Part shown: positions 26,042 through 39,924 of the stretch, piece after piece
Layout of the letters: each line of letters opens with the position of its first letter
How positions within the stretch are numbered: position 1 is the first letter of the stretch
NCBI GenBank assembly: GCA_964016885.1
Contig: OZ024743.1
Span: 2,356,001-2,420,000 of the forward strand
Reading direction: 5' to 3'
Length of the DNA stretch: 64,000 nt
Source: Eledone cirrhosa
Lineage: Eukaryota
Position numbers and translations under genes: made by a program
Notes under the pieces: generated by a model
Told to the model about the DNA's origin: nothing
The model's database searches: none
The model's input: only the letters and a program-made list of their open reading frames with translations

Positions 26042-26311
26042 TCTTCTCAACAAGGAAAATGAACAAACATGCTTCAACACTTAATTTTAAATCTTTGATT
26101 TTTAATTCTTTTTAATTGTAATATTCAACATTTGATATGATGGGTTACACTGATACATCGAAACCGGTTATATTTTATATACATTATCAAACTCCTTTTT
26201 TTTTTTTTTTTTTTTCTCTCATTTTTTTCAATAATGTCACTTTGACGAATCGAAGAAGAAAAAAAGAAAAACAGATCCTTTAAATATACTTTTCGTGATA
26301 TTTCCAATTCC

Positions 26312-26350
<39 letters not shown>

Positions 26351-26358
<8 letters not shown>

Positions 26359-26760
26359 AAGTTTGTCCTTCATCAGTGGCCTTCCAACCGTCGTAGGCAT
26401 TTCATCGTTTTAAAGGCCATATACCTCAGGTTGGTGCAAGCAACGGCTAAAAAAAGTCGTTGGGACACGTAAATAAAGGGGACGCTAGGGTAAACAAGCA
26501 AAATGGTTTAAGCAACAGAAAGTGATGTGTTTCTTTCTTCTTCATCACTTTCTGTTGCTTAAACCATTTTGTTTGTTTACCCTAGCGTCCCCTTTATTTA
26601 CGTGTCCCAACGACTTTTTTTAGCCGTTGCTCGCACCAACCTGAGGTATATGGCCTTTAAAGCGATGAAATGCCTACGACGGTTGGAAGGCCACTGATGA
26701 AGGACAAACTTTTTCATATGTAACCCATTTGCAACGCCGCAGCTCCATTATTATCATATT

Positions 26761-26765
<5 letters not shown>
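26351..26765. mobile_element. Fold-back element with ~177-bp arms in (TA)n, carrying a permuted hammerhead candidate
   Basis: Arms 26351-26527 and 26543-26719 are nearly identical inverted copies; the right arm has a ~45-nt tail before (TA)n. Confidence 0.7.
26636..26705 (+). ncRNA. Candidate non-circularly permuted hammerhead ribozyme
   Basis: aggta-TA-tggcctt ... GAAA-tgcct ... aaggcca-CTGATGA; stems I and III pair in register with the core, stem II is rudimentary. Confidence 0.55.
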
Positions 26766-26801
<36 letters not shown>

Positions 26802-26901
26802 AGAGATGTCAACATGACTGGACCTGTTATTTTTCTCTAAAAACATTTTTTTTCAAATTCCACCCCGCCCGTCCCTTCAATCTATCTAATTTCTCATTCT
26901 T

Positions 26902-26937
26902 TCTTCTGATGAAGGACTAGCGTCCGAAACGTTAAGA
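26902..26937 (+). ncRNA. Minimal type I hammerhead in a PLE-type 3' fragment (about 26800-27030)
   Basis: tctt-CTGATGA-a-ggac(tagc)gtcc-GAAA-cg-TT-aaga; palindromic aacgtt stem III. Confidence 0.75.
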
Positions 26938-27038
26938 CACTCTTCCTGCTATTTCAAGCGTTAACCTAATATATTCATATATTCCTTCCATATACTGTAC
27001 GGATTGTGTTATTATTTCTGTTTACCTTTTACATATAT

Positions 27039-27125
<87 letters not shown>

Positions 27126-27151
27126 GTATAATAAACAATACAATATAATTA

Positions 27152-27219
27152 CCTCATTACCAGAGGTTTCCCGAATAAGACGAATACGAAAAACGTCCTC
27201 ATTCGTTCGTCGGACAAGG
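27152..27219 (-). ncRNA. Type I hammerhead at PLE 3' end, core variant CCGACGA
   Basis: ccttgt-CCGACGA-a-cgaatgaggacg...cgtcttattcg-g-GAAA-cc(tct)gg-TA-atgagg. Confidence 0.65.
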
Positions 27220-27919
27220 CAACTTAAACATAGTGAAATATTTGGAAATTCTCCTCAAGAAATGCAAAAAATATATAAATAAAAGTAATGCAAGAGATAT
27301 ATAAAAAAATATTTAAAAATATATAAAAAAATATAAGGAAATATAGTTAGGGTATGTGTATATGTATGTATATACACTAACAAATGTACATATGTGTGTA
27401 TGTACAAATGCATGTGTATGGTGAAAATGTGTGCGTAAGTACATATATGAGGGCAAGTATATTTGTGTATATGTGACCACAAATACGTATATAATATGAG
27501 TTGAAAAAGAAATTGTATGATAATATAGTTGACACGCATCCAGATACAGGTATTAAATACACATACGAGTATAAAAGCACGCGTATAAACACACACACAC
27601 GTGCGGTCACTTATATGCGGAAGATAAAGAGGGAAGAGAGTGTAATAGTAAAAAGAAGTGTCATTCTGGATATATGTATAAAAATGAAACGATATATGAG
27701 AATGAAAAAATGTTTAAATCAAAGAGAAAGTAATCAATTAACACTAGAGAAAAGAAAACAAACATAGGTACGCACGTACATACACATATATATATATATA
27801 AATATTTATACACACAAATACGTACAGACAAAAGCGCATGCATACGTACATACATACACACGAGGCACGTATATATATATATCGACCCATGTATATCTAA
27901 TCACACGTACGTACGCGAC

Positions 27920-27957
<38 letters not shown>

Positions 27958-28472
27958 TACACACCCATACATACATATACATATATACACATATACATAC
28001 ACATACACATACATTCACCCGCATACACACACACGAAAAAATAAGAATGTATAAAACATAGATATAAAAACATACATACACACACATATATATACGTACG
28101 CACGCACATATACGGCGGCGTTCGTATACATATACAGAACGTATACACACATAAGCACACTCAGACACATAGATACAGATTATAAATCAGCCATATGAAT
28201 AAATGAGTACAAATATAAAATCGGCTGCGAAACAACAGAATATATCTGGAGTGGAAAACGCAAGTGATATTGATATCAGGTAGTGAAAGAAAATGGGGAA
28301 GTAAAATGTGGAATGTGAAGATATTAGGTAAGTAAATCGAAAAGTAGGGGGGGGGGGGGGGTACTGGTGGATGTGAAGTAAAAATTAAATTAAAAATAAA
28401 GTTAAAAATGAAAGTAAATCAGAAAGAGAAGTCTGCAAAGAGGATAATTTAAGTAAAGTGAAGAATAAGAGT

Positions 28473-30536
28473 TTATGGAGGATAAATATCTGAAAGTGAG
28501 TTAAGTTTATATGAGCTGGAAAGCAAGTGTGATTTCATGTGTGGGCAACTGGTGAAAATGTCTGTTTTTGTATTTAGGCAAGTTTTGGGTGATTTAAGGT
28601 TCTGTAAAATCCAATATTTTTCACTTATGCAGAGTGTGCATCTTCTTGTTCCTCTTGCATATTCTTTAGATTGGTTCAAAATTGACCAATCCAATTTATA
28701 TTGGATACCTTGGTTTTTCAAATCCCATATTCTGCTAGCCAGAGCTGTTGTGAATCTTTTTTCTGGATGTCGGAAAGATGCGACATGTGAGTAATAACGC
28801 GTTTTGAATTTGTCTTGTGTCATACCCACATATCGTTCGCTGGTGGCTGGTTGATTGTTGCTGATGGTTGTCACTTTAGCCGCATATACAATGGCTTTGG
28901 TGTTGCATTTACCTTGTAATGGGAATTCACTTTTGACTCTACAGGAGCAATTTTGATGTTCTCTGGGTGATTTCTTATTGATGATATAAGATTTAATAGG
29001 GGGACCGCAGGAGTAGCTAATTTTGACACAGTTTCTATTGAAGATCTTATAGTATCTATGTGTTCTAGGGAAATGTTTATCTAAGAGCTCTAGGAATTTT
29101 TTGCCTACATTAATTTTAACTGCTAGAGAGTAGGGGGTGTGAACCAGATTATTTTTCTTTTCCTATTATTATGTTTAAAAGAGTTAGTATTGTTGGGTAT
29201 GTACTTAATCGGTTCGCTAAATCCGCTATTTTGAAGGGCTTTATTATAGTAGGGAGATGCCTTATTGAAAATAGCTTCTGAGGAAGAGAGGGTGGAGATC
29301 CTACGGCTAATATTAGGGATAAGGTTTTTAAAAACTATAGGAGGATGGCAAGAGCCTTTATTTATATATTTTAAATTTTCATTAGGTTTATGGTATGGTT
29401 TATAAGAAGCAGTAGGCAAATCTAGGTTTATATCTAGAAAATTAACATTGGAAAGGTTAGTATCAATAGTAATTTTAAGATTACAACTAGCGAAGGTTTT
29501 TATTAAGTCTTTCCTTAATCTATCTAAGTTATGGCCTATGGTGGTATGGGAAAGTATTAGACCATCGTCGCGATAAAGCCCCAAAATATGGTTAGGGAAT
29601 TTTTCTTTAAGTGTGTGTAGGAGGAATAGGCCGACTAAATCACAAACATCAGCACTGTCAAAAGAGCCCATTGAGACATCGAATGGGCTCTCTGGGTTAG
29701 ATATTTTTACCCAAGTGTCATTATCAGTAAAGAGTAGAGTGTTTCTAGCATGCAAGATGACATTCTCTTCAATATCAGAAATATTGGTAAACTTTCTAGC
29801 GAAATTTAAGGCTTTTGCTAAAAGAGTCTGAGTGATAGACGGGTAGAAATCTACCATGTCAAATTGGGTGAATCTAGAACTATTTTTATCTTTAAGATTA
29901 TTAAACCAATGTACTACGGAAGAGCTATTTATCTATTGGAGTAATTCAGACTTACTTCTAATCTGTGTGTTTATATTATTTAAAAATTTTTTGCTGACAA
30001 GACCGATATCAGTCTTAGCAGGGTTGATTAATCTACAACTAGGACGATTAATAAAGTCAGGTTTGTAATCTTTAAGGGTGATATATGCATTACGTTTAGC
30101 AAGTTTTTCTGTCCTATTATCTATTTTTAAAGAACTAGCTAATTCTTTAGCTTCCTTATTTATATTATTATACGTGTTTATATTAGCTATTTGGTATTTA
30201 GAGGTGATGTTATCTATTAAGAGTTGGTCATGTAAATTATTATTAACTTCGTATAAGTTTTTAGTTTTGTCGGAGAAAATGAACTTATTTTTAGAAGATT
30301 TGAATATTGAAATATCATTAGATAGTTTAGATTGAAAAGGGTTAGAGCACTTACGAAAATTGATATTGTTGATTAGATTAACTAAGTCTAGTTCAAAAGC
30401 GGTCATATCTTATACTCTTTGCGGGTATTTATGAGTTTTGATATCAACATGTTCCGTAGAGTCCATGTTAAAGTGTCCATCGAGAATCAAAGCTTTCCAT
30501 CTCATTCTTTTAACAACTTTCTCTACTTTGTCTATC
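28473..30536 (-). pseudogene. PLE reverse transcriptase-GIY-YIG ORF broken by stops and frameshifts
   Basis: ORFs 29933-30406 (CRLINPAK), 29123-29857 (DFYPSI, FDVSMGSFD, GLYRDDGL, NFLDI, IIWFTPP), 28473-28874 (YVGMT..FKTRYYSH, CTLCISEK). Confidence 0.9.
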
Positions 30537-30629
30537 TATTGTTTATTATACATTAAATTTTGCTCTGGTACTTACATAGAGCACTCTTCACTCCTATGAC
30601 TTTTTCAATTTTCAACGGAAACTTCAATA

Positions 30630-30731
<102 letters not shown>

Positions 30732-30779
30732 TGTATGTATGTATGTATGTATGTATGTATGTATGTATGTATGTATGTC

Positions 30780-31202
30780 CGGGAGAGATGACCCCTTAGC
30801 CTTTGTCAAGGCAGAATTCTAGGAGAAGGAAAACTCTGATATAACACCTGCAACCCTGATGGTATCCAATGATGTTGACTTGTTCTTCTTTTTGGTAAAT
30901 ATCATCTTGGTTAAGAGAGTGGGACTGGCTTTGTGCAGTGCCTTTGCTCACTATAAAAGCTTCACGGCACAGGCATTGCTTTATATCTGGAGATTTCTCT
31001 GCACTTGTCGTCACATGGTACCATGGGCCCAGCACTGTGTGTCAATCATTGTCACAAGTGTAGTGTTTGTACTAGAGTTTTCAAGTCGCTGGCTGGACTG
31101 AAAAGTCACACTCGTTCAGCGCATCGGTAGGGGTTCTCCTACATGGATATAAAGTAGTGGCCGTACTCGAAAACGAGTTGGCAGCCACCATGTATGTATG
31201 TA
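30780..31202 (+). mobile_element. RTE-type LINE remnant ending in a C2H2 finger and (TATG)n tail
   Basis: About 31041-31130 translates to VNHCHKCSVCTRVFKSLAGLKSHTRSAHR-stop; tail catgtatgtatgta. Confidence 0.55.
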
Positions 31203-31665
31203 GGGCGAGTAAAATTCCCGAGATCCATGGACGAGTTCTCTCCAACGGTCTCTGTCCCTCATTATCGCTGCCATGTCCTGCGGCTCCAAGAGACCAGTGT
31301 CTGTCCTTGGGACATCAATATATGTTAACCTCGATCTTGCTCTTCCAGTGTGTCCATGCAGAGGATCCCACAGGAGCACTGAGTGCAATGTCAACTCTGG
31401 ATGTCGGTGAGCATGTCCAGCTAACCTCAGCCTCCTGTGTGCCACTCTCGAGCTGACTTTTAGGAGGCTACCGTACAGCTCTGAGTTCTTCGTCCTCAGT
31501 GTTTACTGATTAATGTTCAGAGCCATCCTCACCATTCTCGTGTAGCACCCATCCACCATCTGAGTGAGTTTCTTGATCAGTGTCCAAGTCTCAGACCCGT
31601 ACAGCAGCACAGACTCCACAACCTTTTTATCATCGCAGTTGACTGTTGTATGCGCCTTGCGCTGG
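31203..31665 (-). mobile_element. RTE-clade LINE 3' fragment
   Basis: SVLLYG.ETWTL...VDGCYTRM..MALNI and RRLRLAGHAHRH motifs on the minus strand. Confidence 0.8.
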
Positions 31666-31689
31666 AGAATGTATATGTATATGTGTGTA

Positions 31690-31781
<92 letters not shown>

Positions 31782-31994
31782 GGGGGGGGGGGGAATAACA
31801 AATGATCATTATAAGTAATCCAGTTAGAGGTTGTGAGTACTCCGTATTTGATTAGGCAACATTGTATTTAAAATTGAGTGACACAACTTCAAGTGATTGA
31901 CAATTTTTAGACACCTTAATCAATGAAACAATTACTAATACTGTAAATAAAGCCCTTTTTGTACTGTTGACCATGTTATTCTTCACTCTTTCAT

Positions 31995-32062
<68 letters not shown>

Positions 32063-32976
32063 TGAATGTGTACATGTATATAAAGTACCAGTCAAGTACT
32101 GAGGATTGATTTAATCAAATTTGCCCTTCCCCCAAATTTGCTGGCATTGTTCCTAGATCAGAAATCAATTTAACAGAAGAAAGAAGACTGCACCTAGTTT
32201 TTTCTCTCCCCCCACCCAAGTACAATTTTGTTTTAATGGTCCTTCGTTTCACCATAAATTAATATCGTAATACTTCTTTCTAAGATTGGCACAAGGTCTT
32301 TGTTGAGACACAACAGACAGTAGAAGATCCAGTAATTATCATAAACCATTTAATGATGATTTATAAATCAGGCAAAATGCCAACAACTTGTAGAGACTGA
32401 GTAGTCGAATACATCGGCCCCAGTGTTGGACTGGTATTTTATTTTTATCGCCTCCGGAAAGATGAAAGGTAAAGTTGACCTGAACGAGATTTGAACTCTA
32501 AACATATAAATCTTGCCAATAATAATTAAATCGATCCAGTTCGTTACTGGTACTTTATTTTATCGACCTCATAAGTATGAAAAGCAAAGTTGACCTCGGC
32601 GGGATTTGAATGCAGAGCGTAAAGGGCCGTTACTAAATACTTCTAAGCATTTTGGCCTACGCTCTAATAAAGCGTCCAAAATAACTGCGGCAAAATAACT
32701 GCGGCAATTTATAATGAAGTATAATGAACAAATTTGTCTAATTCGTCTGTTAATGATTGTGAGGACCCCCCTCTACACACACACATACATTCACCACTTC
32801 CTACACCGCCCTTTTAAACATTCTATGACAGACTGTCCCAAATTTACAGTTGTTCCTGGGCTAATTGTGAATCTTATTTAACAATTTGAATTGTCATTAA
32901 TTATTTTATTTATTTGTATATTTATCTACTTCTGTCTAGGCCATTGTTTTGCGTGGCATTATTTCTTTCCCACTTA

Positions 32977-33200
32977 GGGCGGTGGATTTAGTATTATCGG
33001 TAGAGAGTTGGACACCATGCTTTGTAGCATAGAGTTATGGCCCTTTACGGTCTGAGTTCAAATCCCACCGAGGCTAACTGTGCCTTTCATCCTTATGAGG
33101 TCGATAAAATAAAGTCCCAGTAATGCACTGGGATCGATTTCATCGACGTTCCCCTCCCTCCAAAATTACTGGCCTTGTGCCTATATTATAAATAATTTCT
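32977..33200 (+). mobile_element. tRNA-derived SINE, family A
   Basis: Full head to tail; opposite-strand copies at about 32390-32670. Confidence 0.8.
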
Positions 33201-33231
33201 TTCCCACAGCTTGGATTGTGTGTGTTTGTGT

Positions 33232-33268
<37 letters not shown>

Positions 33269-34709
33269 TGTTTGTGTGTGTGTGTGTTTGTATGTGTATG
33301 TGACCTCCGTTGGTTTCGGCGACGAGTGTTCAAGCTGTTCAATCAACTGAACAACCTACTCGTGAAATTAACGTGCAGGTGTCTGATCTTTTCACAGTCA
33401 CGTGTATTCTTAAAGAAATTCTCAGAGAAATTAAGTATGTATTTGTGTGTTGCAAGACTGGCTATTTGAATTATTGATACAACTCTTTTTTGCCTGTGAA
33501 ATGGACTGGAGCATCGTAAAATAAAGTGTCTTGCAGCGTGCCATCGGGAATCGAACTCACGACCTTACGATTGTGTGTCAAATATACTTAACGTTAAGCT
33601 GCGCTCCTTACTACTTAGGTGGAGAAAGGCACAGCCCATGAACCTTTTTCAGATCCTCCGGGACTTGAGGGAGTGTAAAACCTATCATCACACCAGGGAC
33701 CTGGCCTGAATGCTTGCAACAGAGTGGATTCCTCCAAAGGTATCCAAAGGCCATGTAGCAGTGTTAAACCGGCTTAAATTGGCTGGTTTTCAGATTTATA
33801 TAAGTTATTAGGGAATGTGATGTTGTGATGTTCACATCTTTCTCTGTGATATTAATGGCGTATATAAGATGAAAACAGTTTCAACTGGTAATATTAATTA
33901 ACAACCTCTTTCGTGGAAGGAATGAATCTCCGTCGGTTTCGATGATGAGTGTTCCTGTTTGATCAACGGAATTGCCTGCTTGTGAAATTAACGTGCAACT
34001 GACCGAGCACTCACACATACATGTACCATTCCGTAGTTCTCAGGGAGATTCAGTTTAACACTTTGCATGACAAAGCTGGTCTTTTAAATTAGTCATAGTT
34101 CATTTGTATTATAATGTAAGTGACTGAGTATTCCACAGACACGAGTACCCATAACGAAATTATCAAAGAGATCCACCGTGACACACGTTGTTGGACCAAC
34201 ATTTTTCATATGGGTTTAGAGTGAAGTCTTCCACATGGACTCCACCAGGTAGACTTTCCATTCAACCAGATTAAGCTTCCAATTATTTCTCCACAACATA
34301 ATAGATTACGGATCTTTGAATATCCTAAATATCAGAGCTTTATCTTTGGCAGAAGGCCACACTTTTCTAGAGAAGGGATATGGTCGATTGAACTGAGTCG
34401 AAATAGAGGAAAAGTGAAGGTCAATGCCTGACAATATTTTAGCATTTAGTCGGATGAATTTATCGTTTCTGGCATTCCAATATTCCTACTTATTAAAAAA
34501 AAATACTTTTGACATTCAAAATTTTCATGAAAAAATCTTTAGATTCAATGTCTTATATGGAGGATATAGAGGATTTAAAACTGCGACAGTCCATTGACAC
34601 TTCTAAAAAGATTTTAGCAAACGAATGGTATTAATAGCATCTCCGATTGTTGACTTTATCTTATGACTATTTTTATCTCCGTTCACTTATTTATTTTATT
34701 TTATTCTAC

Positions 34710-34986
34710 AACTAGAGATCACAGCTCCAATACAAAGGGCATGTGGTTAGAATATCTCAGGAAAGAATCGCTGGACAGATTTTACGGGCAAAACCAACCG
34801 GCAGGAGACCCAGGCGTAGACCCCGAGCAAGATGGTTGAATAACATCCACGAGCTTGGCTGGTCTCGCTTGGGGACCCGGCCGGATCAGTTGGAGACGGT
34901 TACTTCTGACAGGACCCGCTGGAAGGAGTGTTTGAGAACTCTTCCCCCACGACCCTCTCAAGGAGAAGAAGAAGAAGAAGAAGAAG
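34710..34986 (+). mobile_element. RTE LINE 3' end with (GAA)n tail
   Basis: GHVVRISQERIA.QIL...P.GRRPR.RPR.RW; shorter relative at about 43590-43722. Confidence 0.8.
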
Positions 34987-36120
34987 TCCCCTCCCCAATA
35001 TTTCAATCGCTTCATTTGTAGGGACGTTAGAGCGTTTGTTATTTGTTCCGGGTCTCTCTATTCTATATTTGGAATGTCACCATTGTTCAATTTGTTTTCA
35101 TCATTTCGAAGTAAATAAGGAAAATACTGGTGCAGCCCTTTCTCTTTCCTTCCGCCTATCACATTATCACATCCTGGATATTCCGCTAGATCAAAAGAGA
35201 GAGGGTCGAGAGGGCGTCTGTGGTCTCTGCGCTCTCAGTTCAAATCACACCTATGTCCACTGAACTAAAACAATATGAAACTAGGTGTCTTGTTTAAGAA
35301 CACAACGTGCCACCGAGAATCGAACTCCTGGCTTTGCAATCGTGAGCTAATTACCCTAACAGAATATTTGAAATCTTTATTGAAGTTATGTTCACTTTAC
35401 TTGTATTGACCTCGGGAAAAAACTTGACCATGACAACTGCTATGTATTTCCCTATTCAGAATATGGCAGTTCCCATCTATTGGGAAACTAAACGTGGCAT
35501 AATGTTACAGTGACGCAGTAACACAATATCACAGCGGCACATCCACCCATCCACACCAATATTAAGTGCTAAATTAATTAATGTCAGAATGTTTTGAATA
35601 CTATGAGATTTTAACCAGAGTCTAATATACACAGCCACAAACACACAAACGCACGCACGCACATATACATATATACATGTATACATACATATATAGATAC
35701 ATATATATATATGTATATATATATATTGTTATACTTTGGGAGGGTCATGTTGCCAATAAGAAACACACGCACCAGTTGCTTTCACTTCAATTTATTATAA
35801 TAAATTTATAAATTTAGGAATTTATAAATTTCTGGTTGGTTGGTTGGTTCCACAACCAGATAGTTGTTTATATATTGTCAAAGTTCTTTCGTCACACATT
35901 CTGTGACCTCTTCAGTGACTGGGGATTCCTTTCTTTGTTTCTGTGCCTCTCCTTCGTTCTGTCCTACGCCATTTTGTTTCTGTGTGTGTGTTGTGTGCTC
36001 AGTCTGCGCATGCGCCACATCCGGGTGTCTGTGTGTGTTTATATTTGTTTATTTATTTGTTTATTTACATGTTACCGGTTGGTTGTTTGTTCTATGTGTG
36101 TGTGTGTTTTCATTTTGTCC

Positions 36121-36438
36121 TTAATTGTAAGTTGTGATGTTGCTGTTCCACTCATATTTTCTATTTAATTTTGGTTGTAATTCTTTTATGTTTATTGCCT
36201 CTGTGATTTGTCTAAACATTGCGTCTTTTCTGTGTGTAGATTCTATTTTTATTTCTATGTTCTCTAATTTACCCTTATGTTCTATTTTAGCATGTTGGTA
36301 GAGTACAGATGATTCTTTATTATCTTGAAGGTCTCGCCAGTGTTCATTTATCCGTTCCCCTACACTACGAGCTGTCTCACCTATGTACACTATATTTTTG
36401 TCTCTACATTGTCCTTCAGTACATCTTATGCTATACAC
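36121..36438 (-). pseudogene. PLE GIY-YIG endonuclease domain
   Basis: VYSIRC...YIGETARSVGERINEH...RQITEAINI...P.LNRK.EW. Confidence 0.85.
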
Positions 36439-36857
36439 TACATTTCTAGTTTTACAGTTAATATGGGGGCTTATTTTACAGGTTATACATTTCTTATCTA
36501 TACAGGGGGTCTTTGGAAAGGGTATGTCTTGCTAATAAGTGTTTTTACGGAGGTACCTGGTCTTTCTACTATCTTAATATGTGGTCCCATTTGTGTCATT
36601 ATTTACCATTTTTTCCCATTTGGTTCTGGCTCCTCTATACACTCTGATTCTATCTCTCTGATTGTAACCAGAGAACTGCATACGGTGGATGAAGTGTTGT
36701 ATGTGTCTCTCTAGTTCTTCGGGGTTGCACATGCGGGACACGTTTCTCATTACCCGTACCAAATCCGCAATCAGTATGTTGATTTTGGTATGGTCCGAAA
36801 CAGCCGAGTATAACCTGTAAAATAAGCCCCCATATTAACTGTAAAACTAGAAATGTA

Positions 36858-37175
36858 GTGTATAGCATAAGATGTACTGAAGGACAATGTAGAGACAAAA
36901 ATATAGTGTACATAGGTGAGACAGCTCGTAGTGTAGGGGAACGGATAAATGAACACTGGCGAGGCCTTCAAGATAATAAAGAATCATCTGTACTCTACCA
37001 ACATGCTAAAATAGAACATAAGGGTAAATTAGAGAACATAGAAATAAAAATAGAATCTACACACAGAAAAGACGCAATGTTTAGACAAATCACAGAGGCA
37101 ATAAACATAAAAGAATTACAACCAAAATTAAATAGAAAATATGAGTGGAACAGCAACATCACAACTTACAATTAA
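36858..37175 (+). pseudogene. PLE GIY-YIG endonuclease domain, inverted copy
   Basis: Differs from 36121-36438 by one residue (D/G). Confidence 0.85.
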
Positions 37176-37384
37176 GGACAAAATGAAAACACACACACAC
37201 ATAGAACAAACAACCAACCGGTAACATGTAAATAAACAAATAAATAAACAAATAAACAAATATAAACACACACAGACACCCGGATGTGGCGTATGCGCAG
37301 ACTGAGCACACAACACACACACAGAAACAAAATGGCGTAGGACAGAACAAAGGAGAGGCACAAAAACTAAGAAAAGAATCCCCA

Positions 37385-37427
37385 GTCACTGAAGAGGTCA
37401 CAGAATGTGTGACGAAAGAACTTTGAC
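37385..37427 (+). ncRNA. Minimal type I hammerhead in pLTR (mirror copy 35877-35919, minus)
   Basis: gtca-CTGAAGA-g-gtcac(agaatgt)gtgac-GAAA-gaac-TT-tgac. Confidence 0.75.
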
Positions 37428-37624
37428 AATATATAAACAACTATCTGGTTGTGGAACCAACCAACCAACCAGAAATTTATAAATTCCTAAATTTATAAAT
37501 TTATTATAATAAATTGAAGTGAAAGCAACTGGTGCGTGTGTTTCTTATTGGCAACATGACCCTCCCAAAGTATAACAATATCGGTTTCAACACACGATTT
37601 CAGATAAACAAATTCAGAAACGAA

Positions 37625-37785
<161 letters not shown>

Positions 37786-37929
37786 AAGAGAGAGAGCGAG
37801 AGAAAACAGAAGTAACAAAGCAAACCACGCAGTACAATGAAGAAATATATTAGTTTTACGCTTGATATGAATATACAAAAATAACATGAATATACAAAAA
37901 AAATCTAAAATCCAAAGCCTTCTCACACC

Positions 37930-39815
37930 TGTTGGAGGAACCCGAACCCTGGCTGACCTTTATCGCTTCCTATCTCTGGCCATATTGGGTCATGTGGGGC
38001 CGAAGTATCGGGTCAGATCGTCGCACTATCAGGCCTTTGGCCGCCCTCTCGTTCTTCTCCACTGCCTTGGTGTCAACTCTGTAACTCTAATAGTCTCTGA
38101 AACTCTGTAACTCTAATAGTCTCTGAAATGAGAGACATGGCCAATCCATCTATGTTTGCCCTTCTTGATGTCTATTATGTCCTTCATGCCTTCGAATCCA
38201 GGTGTTGCTCTTCCTGTCATGTGGAACATGATTCGCTCCATTTTACGTTGGGCCACTGCAAGAGTCTCTACAGTGGTGCTGTTGAGTGCTCACGTCTCAC
38301 TTCCATATGCCATCACCGGCAGAACATATTCGTCTTTTTTTTTATTTCGATTGTTGAATTGAGACTTCTAATGATGTTATAAACTTTTCCAAAAGTTGTC
38401 CAGCGAAACACAATCCTTCTTTTGACCTCCGGAAATAGGGCCCATATTTTGCAACCTTCTTTCCAAGGTACACAATAACTGGTGATGGTTTAACGTGGCT
38501 GTTAAACATGACCTTGGTTTTCCCCAAGATGGATGTTAAGGCCTACAGGCTGGCACACTGTGTGGATAGCATTGAGCATCTCCTCCAATTCTTGTGGTCT
38601 ATGGATTATTAGGATGATGTCATCTGTGAAGTCTAGGTGCCATAGGAGTTCACCATCTATGTTGATACCCTTGTTCTCCCAGTTGACTTTGTTGATGATG
38701 GTGTCTTGTAAACAAGATGTAAACATTCTCAGACAAATGTTGCCTCATTGTGTTGCTCCTCTTTTTAACTTGATCTTGTCGCTGTCTTGGTGTAATCTGA
38801 GAGTGGATGTAACGCCATTGTAAAGATCCTTTAGTAATTTGATGTAAGCAGGGTCCACTCTTTGTTTCTCCTGTGCTGTGAAGAGTGGGGGGGGGGGGGG
38901 ACGATGGAGTCAAATACCTTTTCATAGTCGACGAAAGCGAAGCAGCGTGGGAAGTTGTATTCATTTGCCTTCTCTTGTCGTTGACTAACTACCCGGATGT
39001 GGTCTATTGTTAAGAACGCTAACCTGAATCCCGCTTGCTTCCTTAGTTGGTGCAGTTCTAATGTACCGAGCATCCTCCTGTGTAGGATGTATGAAATGTT
39101 CCTGCGGTTCCTCTCACTGACTTGACCAATAAAAATCGACCTTTGACCACTCTTAGAGAAAAACACATGAAGAAGCCGAATGCTAGGTTTAACGACACCA
39201 AGAAAGGAGAAGGTAACGGGAGACCATAAGTCAATATAAATAGGCTGTCCTGAAATCAGGAGACAGAGAATTTTCTATCACCAAAAAAAATGTAACCTAC
39301 TCTTGTCACTGGGCTTTGACTACTACCTTGCTGCTACGACTAACAAACTATCTCTTGCTACTCTCTATTTCAACATAACAAAATAACAACAAAAACATCG
39401 TCAACCTTTATGATTTGTAGTAATCTTATTCTGTGTTCCTTTATTCACTGAAGTGAAGTAAATTTTATATTTAAACGAAACTATTTATTTTGTCATGTTA
39501 TTCCACCTCTAACAACACTTACTAATTTCGCTTCACTTCGGGTAGGAGGTCGACTTTAATACCTTTCTTGATGATTAGGACAATTATAGCATTCCAGCTG
39601 TCAGGAACACGGTCGTCTTCTAAATACCTGTTGAAGAGCTTATTGTGTGCCATGACAATGGGCTTCACCATCCTGAAATATATCTACATTGATGTTGTCT
39701 TTGCCTGGTAACTTGTCTCTCTTAAATCGTTTAATGCTCGCTCTTGTCTCTGATGGAACGATAGGAGAAAGTCATGTAGATGTTGTTGAGGTTTTATTGG
39801 TAGAGAATGGTTGGT
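37930..39815 (-). pseudogene. Decayed RTE-clade LINE RT, interrupted
   Basis: RDKLPGKDNI...VPDSW (about 39595-39770), QAGFR..F.TIDHI, FVDYEKVFDSI, GINIDGE...LDFTDDI, GLNI..GKTKVM. Confidence 0.85.
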
Positions 39816-39832
39816 TCTGTGTCTGTCTTGTG

Positions 39833-39924
<92 letters not shown>

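Noticed and set aside
31041-31130. Host C2H2 zinc-finger gene exon
   Set aside because: A single finger followed by a stop and simple-repeat tail fits an RTE ORF end.
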